Positions 1 to 10,193 of a DNA stretch of 64,000 nucleotides are shown here, one piece after another (position 1 is the stretch's first letter; each line of letters begins with the position of its first letter). The notes beneath the pieces were generated by a model. That model saw nothing but the letters and a program-made list of their open reading frames with translations, did no database searches and was not told where the DNA came from. The position numbers and the translations under genes were made by a program. The DNA comes from an uncultured Poribacteria bacterium (GTDB taxonomy: Bacteria > Poribacteria > WGA-4E > WGA-3G), in contig OX638351.1 of the NCBI GenBank assembly GCA_951813565.1, forward strand, positions 5,184,001-5,248,000, given 5' to 3'.

Positions 1-27
1 TAGACTACTCAAAGGAGATTGTAAACA

Positions 28-828
28 ATGACTGATGAAGAAAAATTTAGATTTGACTTAACCGGTTTCCTCGTGCGTCCGGCTATTCTCAGCAAGGACG
101 AAGTGGATGCAATCGTTGATCAACTTGATCGTATCAGACACAACCGCGAATCGCTGCCGCCAGAACACCGCGCTGTTCCGGGTGGTGCTTCAAGTGTTCT
201 AATTGATCATCCGAAGGTGATTGAAGTATTGCACCAAATTATAGGGCCAGATGTTCGGATGGAAAGCACCTTTTCTGTGTGGCGTAAAAAGGGACAAGAA
301 CACGGTGGACTCCATGGTGGCGGTCCCCGTCAGGGAGACCCAATCTTCGGTTACCGTGTCAATAATGGCAGAATTCACGCGGGAATGGTGCGCGTCGTCT
401 TTGAACTTACGGATATATCTAAAAATGACGGTGCAACGCATTTTATTGTTGGCAGCCATAAGTCGAACTTCCCTATGCATCCAGATCACATGTCATTGGA
501 AGAAGGAAAAAAGAGTCCGTACTTAATGACTTATGAATGTCCTGCTGGTAGTGCGATATTTTTTACGGAAAACCTTTGCCATGCTGGCCCCGTGTGGCAA
601 CGTGAAACCCCGCGCATCGCGATTCTGAACGCTTACGCGCATCTTGCAACGCATTGGCACAGGCTCCGTATTCCGCCAGAGGTGCTAAATGGACTTTCAC
701 GTGAGAAGCAGGCATACTTCCGTGAACCTTGGATTGCCGATTTTCGTACGAGCCCTGCTACCCGTAACACAATAGAACGTTTTATAGAAAAAGACGAACC
801 TCCTATTAACACGAAACATAGCCCGTAA
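28..828 (+). CDS. PhyH-family Fe(II)/2-oxoglutarate dioxygenase
   Basis: N-terminal FDLTGFLV, G.T.F..GSHK and distal LCHAG motifs; AAGGAG RBS upstream. Confidence 0.85.
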   Translation: MTDEEKFRFDLTGFLVRPAILSKDEVDAIVDQLDRIRHNRESLPPEHRAVPGGASSVLIDHPKVIEVLHQIIGPDVRMESTFSVWRKKGQEHGGLHGGGPRQGDPIFGYRVNNGRIHAGMVRVVFELTDISKNDGATHFIVGSHKSNFPMHPDHMSLEEGKKSPYLMTYECPAGSAIFFTENLCHAGPVWQRETPRIAILNAYAHLATHWHRLRIPPEVLNGLSREKQAYFREPWIADFRTSPATRNTIERFIEKDEPPINTKHSP

Positions 829-911
829 GAAACGTCTTTTGTTTTTTATTTTCTTTAGGTAGAACTCCATAAAACCATTCAGTTTTTGTGTTTTCTCAAT
901 ATTTCAGGTAT

Positions 912-937
912 GGTCGCGAGCTGGAGCTCGCTCCTAC
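912..937. repeat. GTAG-type REP-like hairpin. Related copies near 5508-5571, 8472-8495, 17699-17740, 17829-17854, 40680-40703, 40748-40773 and 52510-52533
   Basis: Imperfect GC-rich palindromes ending in CTAC or beginning with GTAG, all intergenic. Confidence 0.7.
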
Positions 938-1123
938 AGAAAGAGTTTTTAGGAAGAAGGAAGAAATTATTGGAGAATTGAATAGCTCTGGGAAAACCCG
1001 ATTTCACTTCTCAATTCACATAATTTATGGTAAACTGACATCACGTATGCTGAATATAATGAGGGTTCAAGGGAACTCACGCTTTCAGAGATTAGAAAAC
1101 GTCAGCGCAGTTATGGGTAGATA

Positions 1124-2242
1124 ATGGCACATATTAAATTACAAAATATTGAAAAACGGTTCGGCGATGTTGTTGCTGTCAAAGATTTTAACTTGGAAAT
1201 TGAAGATAAGGAGTTTGTCGTATTCTTAGGTCCATCGGGTTGTGGAAAAACGACGACGCTGCGATTGATCGCTGGGTTGGAGCATCCTGAAGTAGGTGAT
1301 ATTCTGATTGACGGACATCGTGTCAACGATTTGTCGCCAGCGGACCGGGATATTGCTTTCGTATTTCAATTCTATGCACTTTATCCACATCTGAGTGTAT
1401 ACGATAACATTGCATTTCCGCTTAAAGCAGTGAAGGTTGAAAAATCAGAGATTGATGAACAGGTTAAAAAAGTCGCAAAGATTTTACAGATAGCTGACGT
1501 TTTAAATCGGAAACCGAGTGTGCTAAGCGGAGGGGAGATGCAACGCGTTGCGCTTGGACGTGCAATGGTCCGCCAACCGAAAGTTTATCTGCTTGATGAA
1601 CCGATGGCAAATTTAGACGCCAAACTGCGAATTGATACACGAGCAGAAATCAAACGACTCCAACACGAAATCGGTGCAACCACTATTTTTGTAACACATG
1701 ATCAAGTTGAAGCGATGTCTCTCGCGGACCGGATTGCAGTAATCCATCAAGGCGTGCTACAACAAATTGGCGCACCTCATGAGGTATATAACAAACCGAA
1801 AAGTCTTTTTGTTGCAGGATTTATGGGTATGCCAGCTATGAATCTGCTTGATGCCGAGCTCACCTCTCATGAAGGCAAAACCGCGTTGCAACTAAGTCAT
1901 ACCGATGTGCTGTTAGAACTCTCTCAGCAACAGCAGTCTCACCTAAACGCCAATACTCAGAAGAAAGATTGTGTTTTAGGTATCCGACCTGAGCATATTT
2001 CTGCATCCAGAAAACCGATTGGACGTGAAATCGCTGCGGATGTTCATCTCATTGAACCCCTTGGTTCTGTGAACATCCTTGACCTGCTACTCGGAACACA
2101 TCAGGATACGCAAGAGTCTATCCTTCTCCGAGTTAGAACACATCCTACATTTCAGGTTGAAGTTGGGGATACAATTTGGTTGGATTTTGATGACGATCAG
2201 ATGCACCTTTTTGATCGGGAAACTGAACAGGCTATTTGGTAA
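1124..2242 (+). CDS. Carbohydrate ABC transporter ATP-binding subunit (MalK/UgpC type)
   Basis: Walker A GPSGCGKT, signature LSGGEMQR, Walker B LLDEP, C-terminal GIRPEH. Confidence 0.95.
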   Translation: MAHIKLQNIEKRFGDVVAVKDFNLEIEDKEFVVFLGPSGCGKTTTLRLIAGLEHPEVGDILIDGHRVNDLSPADRDIAFVFQFYALYPHLSVYDNIAFPLKAVKVEKSEIDEQVKKVAKILQIADVLNRKPSVLSGGEMQRVALGRAMVRQPKVYLLDEPMANLDAKLRIDTRAEIKRLQHEIGATTIFVTHDQVEAMSLADRIAVIHQGVLQQIGAPHEVYNKPKSLFVAGFMGMPAMNLLDAELTSHEGKTALQLSHTDVLLELSQQQQSHLNANTQKKDCVLGIRPEHISASRKPIGREIAADVHLIEPLGSVNILDLLLGTHQDTQESILLRVRTHPTFQVEVGDTIWLDFDDDQMHLFDRETEQAIW

Positions 2243-2420
2243 TTTGTTTTACCGCCAGTTATATCAATAGGTATGGTAGAATCTAACTATTGTAAGGTGG
2301 ACTCTATGCCTTGTCCAGTGTTGTACGTGCTTTTGGCGTTGTTTAGCGTAAGCGCATTACAATGCACATCTGCAAGCAAATGTTTATATTCAGATTTCAC
2401 TATAAATCAAGGCAACATCT

Positions 2421-3935
2421 TTAGGCGTAGGATAACCGCTCAACCCTTCTTTCCAACGTCTCCATTTCCTCAAGAATTGCGCCGATGAGTTCTGCTTTAT
2501 CAGATGCACAAGTAGGGTTATCCCACTGATTGACTCGCTCTGCAGGATCATTTTCTAAATCGTAGAGTTCACCATACGGATGTCCACAATACCATGTTAA
2601 CTTGCGTGTGTCGGTTACGATAGTTTTAAGACGTAAACCTTGTGGATCGTCCACGCATTCAACCAACAATGAATCTCGTACAGACTCCTTTTCTCCCGTA
2701 AGCATTGGCATTGCATCTACACCATCAATGTCTGACGGGATCGGCAGTCCAACAGCGGCAAGCACAGTGGCCACAATATCAACATGGCTGAACAGTCCCT
2801 TTGTGCGCTGTCCAGATGGAATGGCGGCAGGATACCTTATCAAAGTCGGTACACGGACAAGTTGTTCGTAATGAAATGGTCCCTTCATCCAAAGTCCGTG
2901 GTCACCAAGCAGTTCACCGTGGTCGGTGGTGAAAAGCACTAATGTATTTTCGCTCAATCCATATGTATCAAGACATTCCAAGATCCGTCCCATCTGCTGA
3001 TCGATAATCTTCACCATATTGTAATAGTATGCTCTCCCCAACCGAGCATCGTGTTCTGAAACTTTGCGAAAATCGGCACCGCCACCTTGCCCAGCGATTG
3101 CAAACCTGCCACGGATTTTTGACTTACTAAGTTGTCCGCAGCGCGCTTCCATAAAATGGGGCGGTTTATCGTCTAATTCACCTTCAACAAAGTCTGGTAA
3201 TGGAACGCCTGCAGGATCAACACGTTCCGCAAATTCGGTTGGCACGCAATGTGGGTGATGTGGGTCTTGAAATCCGACTGCCAATAAGAACGGCTTATCA
3301 GCAGGATGGTTAGTCAAAAAGTCTATCGTACGGTCAGCAGTCCAAATGCTGTTGTGGTATTTCAGAGGTATATCCCAATCGTGCGCCCCACCACCAAACC
3401 CTACTTGCGAGAGACGTCTCGCTTTGCTGTAGCTTGCAAATGTCTCTTCAGAAACTTGAGATCGCACCCATTCCCCGTAATGTCCGGCGATGCCATAAGT
3501 TGCATGTCCCAACGCAAGTTCTATCGTCTCAAATCCGTAATATGGACCGCGAAAATCGGGATACCGATCTGTATTGTTTCGTGTTTCAATTGATTGCTCT
3601 GGGGACGCACCGAAGGGTTGAAAGTGCGCTTTCCCAATATAATGTGTGCGATACCCGACATCCGATAACCGATGTGAGATCATCGGTTCATCGTCGGGGA
3701 CGTTCATACCGACATTCCACGCACCATGCCGACTGACATACTTTCCAGAAAAAATTGAGGCGCGGGCAGGCGTACACACTGGATTTGCACAATAAGCACG
3801 TTCAAAACAGACACCTTCTGAAGCGAATTTATCCAAGTGCGGTGTGTCTGTAAATGTTGAACCGTAGCAACTGAGACTATCTGTCCGCTGCTGATCAGTC
3901 GTGATAATGAGGATATTAGGACGTTGTGTACTCAT
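2421..3935 (-). CDS. Formylglycine-dependent sulfatase
   Basis: RPNILIITTDQ, CTPAR motif, GKAH, TDHGE..G.HGL..KG. Confidence 0.93.
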   Translation of the reverse strand: MSTQRPNILIITTDQQRTDSLSCYGSTFTDTPHLDKFASEGVCFERAYCANPVCTPARASIFSGKYVSRHGAWNVGMNVPDDEPMISHRLSDVGYRTHYIGKAHFQPFGASPEQSIETRNNTDRYPDFRGPYYGFETIELALGHATYGIAGHYGEWVRSQVSEETFASYSKARRLSQVGFGGGAHDWDIPLKYHNSIWTADRTIDFLTNHPADKPFLLAVGFQDPHHPHCVPTEFAERVDPAGVPLPDFVEGELDDKPPHFMEARCGQLSKSKIRGRFAIAGQGGGADFRKVSEHDARLGRAYYYNMVKIIDQQMGRILECLDTYGLSENTLVLFTTDHGELLGDHGLWMKGPFHYEQLVRVPTLIRYPAAIPSGQRTKGLFSHVDIVATVLAAVGLPIPSDIDGVDAMPMLTGEKESVRDSLLVECVDDPQGLRLKTIVTDTRKLTWYCGHPYGELYDLENDPAERVNQWDNPTCASDKAELIGAILEEMETLERRVERLSYA

Positions 3936-3963
3936 AGATATTCTTCTTTTGACATTGAGAGCC

Positions 3964-4563
3964 TTAATTTTGCTGAACTGCTTTGAAAACAGAATTCACA
4001 GCACCGAATAGAGACGGTAAATTATCCAAACTAAAGTTCGTTCTGTTCCGGGTAAAGGCATCCCCTACAAGTCTACCGAATTGCCACATGATTCCATCGG
4101 TTACAATACCATACACAGGAAAATCAAGATTGTCATTCATTTTTTGTGCAGCAACCAACTCAGCCAAACATTGTCCCCACCCCTGTTCAAAGTCGTTCTT
4201 TTTTGCTTCAACCATCATTATCAAAGGCATTCCGACAACAGTAATGCCCAATTCAGACCGTGTAGCAATAAGATAATCTGGCGTACCATTCAAAATCTCA
4301 TCATAGGTAATGGTTTTCTTTACCCAAAGTCCATATTTTTCGGCGTAATCTTTGTAGACCTCTCTTAAAATAGGGAATATAACCACTTCACATCTTGATC
4401 CCTCTGATGTAAAAAAATCGATATGTTGCTGACTAAATTCAAGTTCTTTCAGAAATTGCTCTGAAGGTTTTTTCGCCTCAACACCGAAAAAATCATTATA
4501 CGAGTATTTGATGTTAAATTTTTCTTGAACTTCAGAAATTGTCTTGAAATCGCTAAAAGCCAT
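3964..4563 (-). CDS. PD-(D/E)XK-fold hypothetical protein (HsdR N-terminal-like)
   Basis: GTPDY...VEAKK...QCLAEL...YGIVTDG; start moved to the ATG at 4563 behind GGAGGT. Confidence 0.65.
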   Translation of the reverse strand: MAFSDFKTISEVQEKFNIKYSYNDFFGVEAKKPSEQFLKELEFSQQHIDFFTSEGSRCEVVIFPILREVYKDYAEKYGLWVKKTITYDEILNGTPDYLIATRSELGITVVGMPLIMMVEAKKNDFEQGWGQCLAELVAAQKMNDNLDFPVYGIVTDGIMWQFGRLVGDAFTRNRTNFSLDNLPSLFGAVNSVFKAVQQN

Positions 4564-4621
4564 GAGTGCTACCTCCCACAATTTCACGGTGAATTTAAGC
4601 GCGTTTTCAGCAAATTATAGA

Positions 4622-5443
4622 TTACGAACAAAACGGCTTTAAATACAGATAACTCTGTTCTGCGGCATCTTCAGGTTCCATGATCTCTCGGAATGCCTGA
4701 TGCACCGTCACATAACCGTCATAACTGATCGCTTCTAAACCGCGAAACACTAACGAAAAATCAATCCCACCTTCATCTTGTAGACGGATAGGATCATGCG
4801 GAACCTCGCCTTGAATCCACGTCAATAGACGTGTCTTCCCTTCTGGGCGACGAATGTGATTTTGAAGATAGACATTAAAAAGATATGGCGAAAAACGTTT
4901 GAGCGTCTCAATGCCGTAATCCTGCACACACAAATCAAGATTAGCAGGTTCATAGATAATGCCAAAGTTTTCTCTACCAACACGTTTTAGCACATCAATT
5001 GAACCTTCAACCGTTTCAAATAGGCTTTGTGTATGCGACTGATGCGCGAGACGAATTCCACGCTCTGCTGCTTCGTCGGATGCACGTTGTGCCCATTGAA
5101 TGTCTTCCTCAACCTTCATTGCGATACGAATAAGGTTAGCACCGAGAAGTTCTGTTAAATCGAGATAAGGGGTTATATTGCGAAGTCCATCAGGTCCTTC
5201 ATCGTTGTTGAGCGGCACCGGAAAATCACCAGTCACCATAGAGATTTTTAGGTTAAGCGAATCTGCCTGTTTGCGTGCAGCGGTAATCTGATCCAGAGGT
5301 GAATGGGTCCCGACTTGGGATGCACGCATACACACTGCCTCGTAGCCAAGGTTCGCTGCGAGTTCTGTTAGTTGCACAAAAGTGTGGGTGGCATCTCTCT
5401 TTGAAGCGTTCTCTGCAACACGAACAGAAAGTGATAGTTTCAT
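4622..5443 (-). CDS. Sugar phosphate isomerase/epimerase (xylose isomerase-like TIM barrel)
   Basis: FGIIYEPANL and G.IDF......L..ISYDGYVT pattern. Confidence 0.8.
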   Translation of the reverse strand: MKLSLSVRVAENASKRDATHTFVQLTELAANLGYEAVCMRASQVGTHSPLDQITAARKQADSLNLKISMVTGDFPVPLNNDEGPDGLRNITPYLDLTELLGANLIRIAMKVEEDIQWAQRASDEAAERGIRLAHQSHTQSLFETVEGSIDVLKRVGRENFGIIYEPANLDLCVQDYGIETLKRFSPYLFNVYLQNHIRRPEGKTRLLTWIQGEVPHDPIRLQDEGGIDFSLVFRGLEAISYDGYVTVHQAFREIMEPEDAAEQSYLYLKPFCS

Positions 5444-5473
5444 GTAATCCTTTTCTCCAAAGTTTGTAATATA

Positions 5474-5608
5474 TGGTGAAATCTATGATTAATGAGACAC
5501 TAATTCTGCAGGAGCGATCTCCGAATCGCGACTAACCGCTTTGATAGTCGGGAATCGGAGTTCCCTCCTACAGATCAATAATGTCTAATTAATTCTGAAA
5601 TCTACCAT
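5474..5608. mobile_element. Small MITE-like element containing a REP pair
   Basis: Imperfect terminal inverted repeats (TGGTGAAATCTATGATTAATGAGACA ... TGTCTAATTAATTCTGAAATCTACCA) around two REP hairpins. Confidence 0.45.
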
Positions 5609-5618
5609 AAATCCACTG

Positions 5619-6470
5619 CTACAATAGAATATCGGCAATTGAAAGTGCCATTAGAACCAAACTAATCATACCATTCAGTGTAAAAAATGCAAGATTAACT
5701 CGGGACAGGTCATTCGGTTTGACGATCGCATGCTCATAGATGAAAATCAGGACGACAATTCCAACGCCAATGTAGTAGAAAAGTCCCAATTCGGTAAGAA
5801 GAGGGATGCCAAAAAGAAGTAAAACTGCAACCCCGTGAAGCACAGACGAAACCCACAATGCCCAACGGATACCGAGTCGCGCAGGAATAGAATGGAGTCC
5901 ATGTTTTCTGTCAAAATTGACATCTTGGCACGCATAGATGATGTCAAACCCAGCTGTCCAGAGCAACACAACACAGCAGAGAATTATTGGGGTCCAATCA
6001 AATCTGCCCTTAATTGCAATCCACGCACCAACCGGTGAAATGGAAAGCGCAAGTCCTAACCACAAATGCGAAAGTGCGGTGAAACGTTTGGTATACGAAT
6101 ACCCCATAATCACGGCAAGCGCAACTGGAGATAGCGCAAAAGCAAGCGGATTCAATCGCCATGCAGCAAAGACCAACAATCCTGCCGAAATGAGGGTAAA
6201 AGCCAATACCGCGCCTTTTGTGATTAAGCCAGCTGGGATTGCCCGCATTGCCGTACGCGGATTTTTGCTATCAATTTCCGCATCGGCCAGACGATTAAAC
6301 GCCATGGCGCTACTACGGGCACCAACCATCGCCATAAGTATCCAACCGAGTTTCGGTAGTGATGGAAGTCCTTCCGCAGCAATAAAAGCACTCATGATTG
6401 CAAACGGAAGTGCGAACACGGTATGTTCAAATTTGATCATCTCAAGGATAATTTTGAGTTTTCGTATCAA
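5619..6470 (-). CDS. ubiA: UbiA-family polyprenyltransferase (MqnP-like)
   Basis: IKFEHTVFALPF, NRLADAEIDSKNPRT, FDIIYACQD; multiple TM segments. Confidence 0.9.
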   Translation of the reverse strand: MIRKLKIILEMIKFEHTVFALPFAIMSAFIAAEGLPSLPKLGWILMAMVGARSSAMAFNRLADAEIDSKNPRTAMRAIPAGLITKGAVLAFTLISAGLLVFAAWRLNPLAFALSPVALAVIMGYSYTKRFTALSHLWLGLALSISPVGAWIAIKGRFDWTPIILCCVVLLWTAGFDIIYACQDVNFDRKHGLHSIPARLGIRWALWVSSVLHGVAVLLLFGIPLLTELGLFYYIGVGIVVLIFIYEHAIVKPNDLSRVNLAFFTLNGMISLVLMALSIADILL

Positions 6471-6474
6471 CCGC

Positions 6475-7065
6475 TTACTCTTTCCAACGTTGTGTTAGTC
6501 CCGAATCTATTTCAAACTGATCTAATATTTTTGTTACAACAAAGTTGATCTGGTCGTCCACCGTTTTTGGAAAATGGTAAAATCCTGGCATCGCGGGCAG
6601 GACACACACACCAACGCGTGATAATTTGAGCATGTTTTCAAGGTGGATGGAACTCAGCGGTGTTTCACGAGGCACTATTACAAGTTTGCGGCGTTCTTTG
6701 ATACATACGTCTGCTGCCCGTTGGATAAGGTTACGCGAAATACCCGCTGCAATTGAGGCAACCGTCCCCATACTACACGGCACTACAATCATCCCTTCCG
6801 TGCGGAAAGAACCACTGGCAATTGATGCTCCAATGTCGGATTCAGGGTGGTAAATGATTTCTGCTGTAGAAGTATCAATGAGTGATTCTAATTGAAAATT
6901 ATCAATATCTACTTCAATCTTTAGTTCTTCCCACAATGCACGCGCACCAGATTTTGAGATCGTTAGATGCACCTCTATATTTTCCCGCTCCGCAAGGACT
7001 TCAAGAAGGCGCACACCGTAAATGACCGCGCTTGCACCTGTGATACCGACAATCAACCGCTTCAA
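6475..7065 (-). CDS. ubiX: Flavin prenyltransferase
   Basis: GITGAS, IASGS, PCSMGT, RAADVCIKE, PRETP. Confidence 0.95.
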   Translation of the reverse strand: MKRLIVGITGASAVIYGVRLLEVLAERENIEVHLTISKSGARALWEELKIEVDIDNFQLESLIDTSTAEIIYHPESDIGASIASGSFRTEGMIVVPCSMGTVASIAAGISRNLIQRAADVCIKERRKLVIVPRETPLSSIHLENMLKLSRVGVCVLPAMPGFYHFPKTVDDQINFVVTKILDQFEIDSGLTQRWKE

Positions 7066-8346
7066 TTAGTGTGTCTCCGATACAAATTGTGAAAGGTTAC
7101 CTGTTACGTCAAATTCAAAAGGAAGGGTTTCACCGATAACCTCAAGACTTGAATGCAGTTTGGCATCTGTGAGAAGTGCCTCAGAAATGTCAAGTTCCGT
7201 TAATCTAAGCGTGCTCTCAATACGGATGACGCGTGCATTCTCCGGTTTTGTCAAGCCAATGGTGTCAAGGGCAACCTCAATTGCTTCTTGGTCAGTATCG
7301 TAGTAAAATGGAATCTTTGACTTCTGCGGTCCAAGCGCGGTAATACCGTTCATATAGGTTGCGTGTCGGTCAATCTGTTCAACGAGACGTGTTGTCGTGA
7401 AGTCTGCAAGACCGATACCTGTTGCATTGCCATCACTCTCTTCGGTGAGATCACGGACAAATATACGTAGAATTGCAGGTTTAAGAGGTTCTGGTTCAAA
7501 ATTCTGCATCATTCTGCCGATGACATTTGTATCCATACCTGTCCCACTGATATTTTTTCCTGCCCAATCCACAATCAACAGGTCAAGTTCATCAAAAGGG
7601 AGTTTTCCCATTAATGATTTTGCTTCAACAAGAAGTTCGCGTTCGGTTTGGAGGAGTTGTGTGGCAGGCATCGCCACGGCTTTGGCGGTCTCTTCATGTG
7701 CATTTTCAATGAGTCCCAACCCAAAAGCGATCTTACCAGTGTCAAGAATGAAACTGCCTGCCGCTGTGATAACGTGTTCAAATCCGTATTGAAAGAAAGC
7801 GCGATGATAGAAGTTTGCCCCTTGCTGTTTACCAAGACCGATAACCATCATTTTCATCAGACCACTCTCAATAGAACCGTTGAAATCTGTATGTGCCTTA
7901 ATGCGATTGAGCGGCACAACATGGTCTGCTTCTGCGGCATACCTATCCATGAAAACAGGCAAGTCATCTGCTCCTGCATGCTGTAAAGTGCCGAGTTTCA
8001 CGACCTCCATTGTCGCTTTTACTGGCGCGCCGATGGTCGCTTCAGTAATTCCGTAATGCTCCAATACGCTTCTTTGTCCTTCCGCGGTTGCCCCACCGTG
8101 GCTGCCCATTGCAGGAACAACAAAAGGTTTCGCGCCAATACTTTTGAGATAATCCGCAGTCGCCTTGACTGCGGTCGCGATGTTGGCTACACCACGACTG
8201 CCTGCAGTAATCGCAACAGTCTCACCAGGGCGAACAATAGATGCAGCGTCAATCCGATCTAATTCTGCGTGAATTGCTGCAGAAAGATCAGTGAGAACTG
8301 GTGCCTCAAAATGTTGTCGGACCCGTGCCATTTTTGGAAGTGCCAT
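7066..8346 (-). CDS. LarA-like / DUF2088-domain protein
   Basis: GSRG, PAMGSHGGAT, NRIKAHT, GKNISGTGMD motifs. Confidence 0.75.
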   Translation of the reverse strand: MALPKMARVRQHFEAPVLTDLSAAIHAELDRIDAASIVRPGETVAITAGSRGVANIATAVKATADYLKSIGAKPFVVPAMGSHGGATAEGQRSVLEHYGITEATIGAPVKATMEVVKLGTLQHAGADDLPVFMDRYAAEADHVVPLNRIKAHTDFNGSIESGLMKMMVIGLGKQQGANFYHRAFFQYGFEHVITAAGSFILDTGKIAFGLGLIENAHEETAKAVAMPATQLLQTERELLVEAKSLMGKLPFDELDLLIVDWAGKNISGTGMDTNVIGRMMQNFEPEPLKPAILRIFVRDLTEESDGNATGIGLADFTTTRLVEQIDRHATYMNGITALGPQKSKIPFYYDTDQEAIEVALDTIGLTKPENARVIRIESTLRLTELDISEALLTDAKLHSSLEVIGETLPFEFDVTGNLSQFVSETH

Positions 8347-8361
8347 TCGTTCTGTCCTTCT

Positions 8362-8547
8362 TATAGTAGATTTTGGAATTACTTGGGCACTCAGCGCTAG
8401 CGAGGTTAGTAAACCTCCAAATCAACGGTATGAATGCGCGTATGGCATTCACCACCTACTGGTGAATGTAAGAGGCGCAATAAATTGCGCGACTACAAAC
8501 GTCGCAAATGCCAAGAAAATGTTAACTTATTTTTATAATTCACTATA
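8362..8547. mobile_element. MITE family A copy 1 (TATAGTA.ATT...TTCACTATA ends)
   Basis: Terminal inverted repeats shared with 38080-39618 and 59493-59606; internal GCGAGGTTAG.AAACCTC hairpin. Confidence 0.6.
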
Positions 8548-8638
8548 AATGATTAAATTCCTTGTCTTCTTAAACTCAACTTTGTTGGGAATTTTATCAG
8601 AAACAGATTAGAAATGCAAGAAAAATCAACGCTGCACA

Positions 8639-9233
8639 CAGAGTTATTAGTTTTAAGAATTATCAGTTACTGAGTGTTACTTAAAGTTTATATCGTCCGT
8701 CGGGTAGAGCTTGCGAAACCTATAAATCAACGGTCTGAATGCCTGTTGGCATTCCCCGGCATGTGCCTACTACTTTGCATCGCACATCTTTTTTCTAAGT
8801 TGAGACTATGGATAGAGTGATAGCGAAACCCACCTATGATACTATTATAACGTGAGTTTGATAAAAGAATTCAATTTTGAATGTTGTGTTTCGTTTACGT
8901 TCATCTTGGCACCAAAATCAGAACAAGTGCCTTTGTTCCGTGAATCAACGCCAAATGCGCGTTTGGCATTTGGCGGGTGCGGTATGTCCGCTGAAGCCAC
9001 ATAGCACTCCTACGGAGCGCAAGAACTTGAAAACCTAACTTCTATAAACATAGCACGCCGCTGGCGTGCTGCAACATATTCGGCATCAAATTTGGATAGC
9101 CATGATATCGTGTTGGATTCCTCTAAATCATTAAGTCAAACTTACGTTAATATTATTATCAAACTCACGTTATTATAAAGTATTAACGTTTGTGATGAAA
9201 TACGCCAGAAAAACCGAAAACTGAATAACCCTG
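8639..9233. mobile_element. ISAs1-derived MITE carrying nested elements
   Basis: Ends CAGAGTTATT... and ...CTGAATAACCCTG match the IRs of the ISAs1 at 61089-62138; the left ~80 bp recurs at 48202. Confidence 0.6.
8847..9171. mobile_element. Nested MITE with an 18-bp perfect TIR
   Basis: ATAACGTGAGTTTGATAA ... TTATCAAACTCACGTTAT. Confidence 0.6.
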
Positions 9234-9251
9234 TCTTAACACAAAGTCATG

Positions 9252-9280
9252 TTGACCTAAGTATCATTATATTATATAAT
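9252..9280 (+). promoter_or_regulatory. Sigma70 promoter, probably leaderless mRNA
   Basis: TTGACC-17bp-TATAAT; ATG 6 nt downstream with no SD. Confidence 0.65.
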
Positions 9281-9286
9281 ATATGT

Positions 9287-10147
9287 ATGGGTATTGAAGT
9301 TTTCTTTAGTGATGATGCAAGTTGGGTGATGAATGAAGCGCGTGTATTTCTCAGTTCAGAGCCAGTTGACCACAATCTAATTTTGACACTTTTGCACACG
9401 CGAATTGCACGCTGTGAACCTGGACGATACTGGGTGGCAACAAACAGTAATGAGATAGTCGGTGTTGTCGTTCAGTCTCCTCTAAACTCTCGTGTACTAA
9501 TCACACCTATGACATCCGAGGTGGTTTTCGCGGTAGTAAATGCCATATCAGACGCGAACATAGCATTGCCGGGGGTAGCAGGAGAAGCTGCAACAGCGGC
9601 ATGCTTCGCTGGAGAGTGGGCAGAGCGACACAAGTCCCCTGTGTTCCCATTTTTAGGACTCCGCCTGTATGAAGTCAATGGAGTACAGGAAGCTTCAGAT
9701 GTAAAGGGGCACTTTCGTAAAGCGGTTTTGGATGACCGAGAACTTCTTATTGACTGGGTTAGCCGCTTTTCGGTAGATATAGGAGAGAAAGAAAACACTT
9801 CTGACGATGACGAATTGCAAAAGCGCAAGATTACTTCCTCACATATTGTTGACAGTTACCTATCTGATGAACATCTCTGGTTATGGGAGGATACAGAACC
9901 CGTGTCAATGGTAGCGCGGACAACCGCTGTTGTCGGTGTTGTCCAAGTGAGACTCGTCTATACGCCACAAGAGCACCGAAACCGTGGTTACGCTACTGCC
10001 TGTGTCAGTAAAATCTCAAAACAAATTCGAGACGAAGGAAATCGCTGTATCCTCTACACCGATTTATGCAATCCAATTTCTAACGCTATCTACCGTAGAA
10101 TCGGCTATCGTGCTGTAGCCGAAGCGATTCAATACCGATTTGAGTGA
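9287..10147 (+). CDS. GNAT-family N-acetyltransferase
   Basis: VYTP.EHRNRGYA acetyl-CoA motif; LYTD..NPISN.IY.RIGY. Confidence 0.9.
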   Translation: MGIEVFFSDDASWVMNEARVFLSSEPVDHNLILTLLHTRIARCEPGRYWVATNSNEIVGVVVQSPLNSRVLITPMTSEVVFAVVNAISDANIALPGVAGEAATAACFAGEWAERHKSPVFPFLGLRLYEVNGVQEASDVKGHFRKAVLDDRELLIDWVSRFSVDIGEKENTSDDDELQKRKITSSHIVDSYLSDEHLWLWEDTEPVSMVARTTAVVGVVQVRLVYTPQEHRNRGYATACVSKISKQIRDEGNRCILYTDLCNPISNAIYRRIGYRAVAEAIQYRFE

Positions 10148-10193
10148 GCCAATTGAATGGCTGTACTATTCTTAAAACTGATAAGGACAGACT

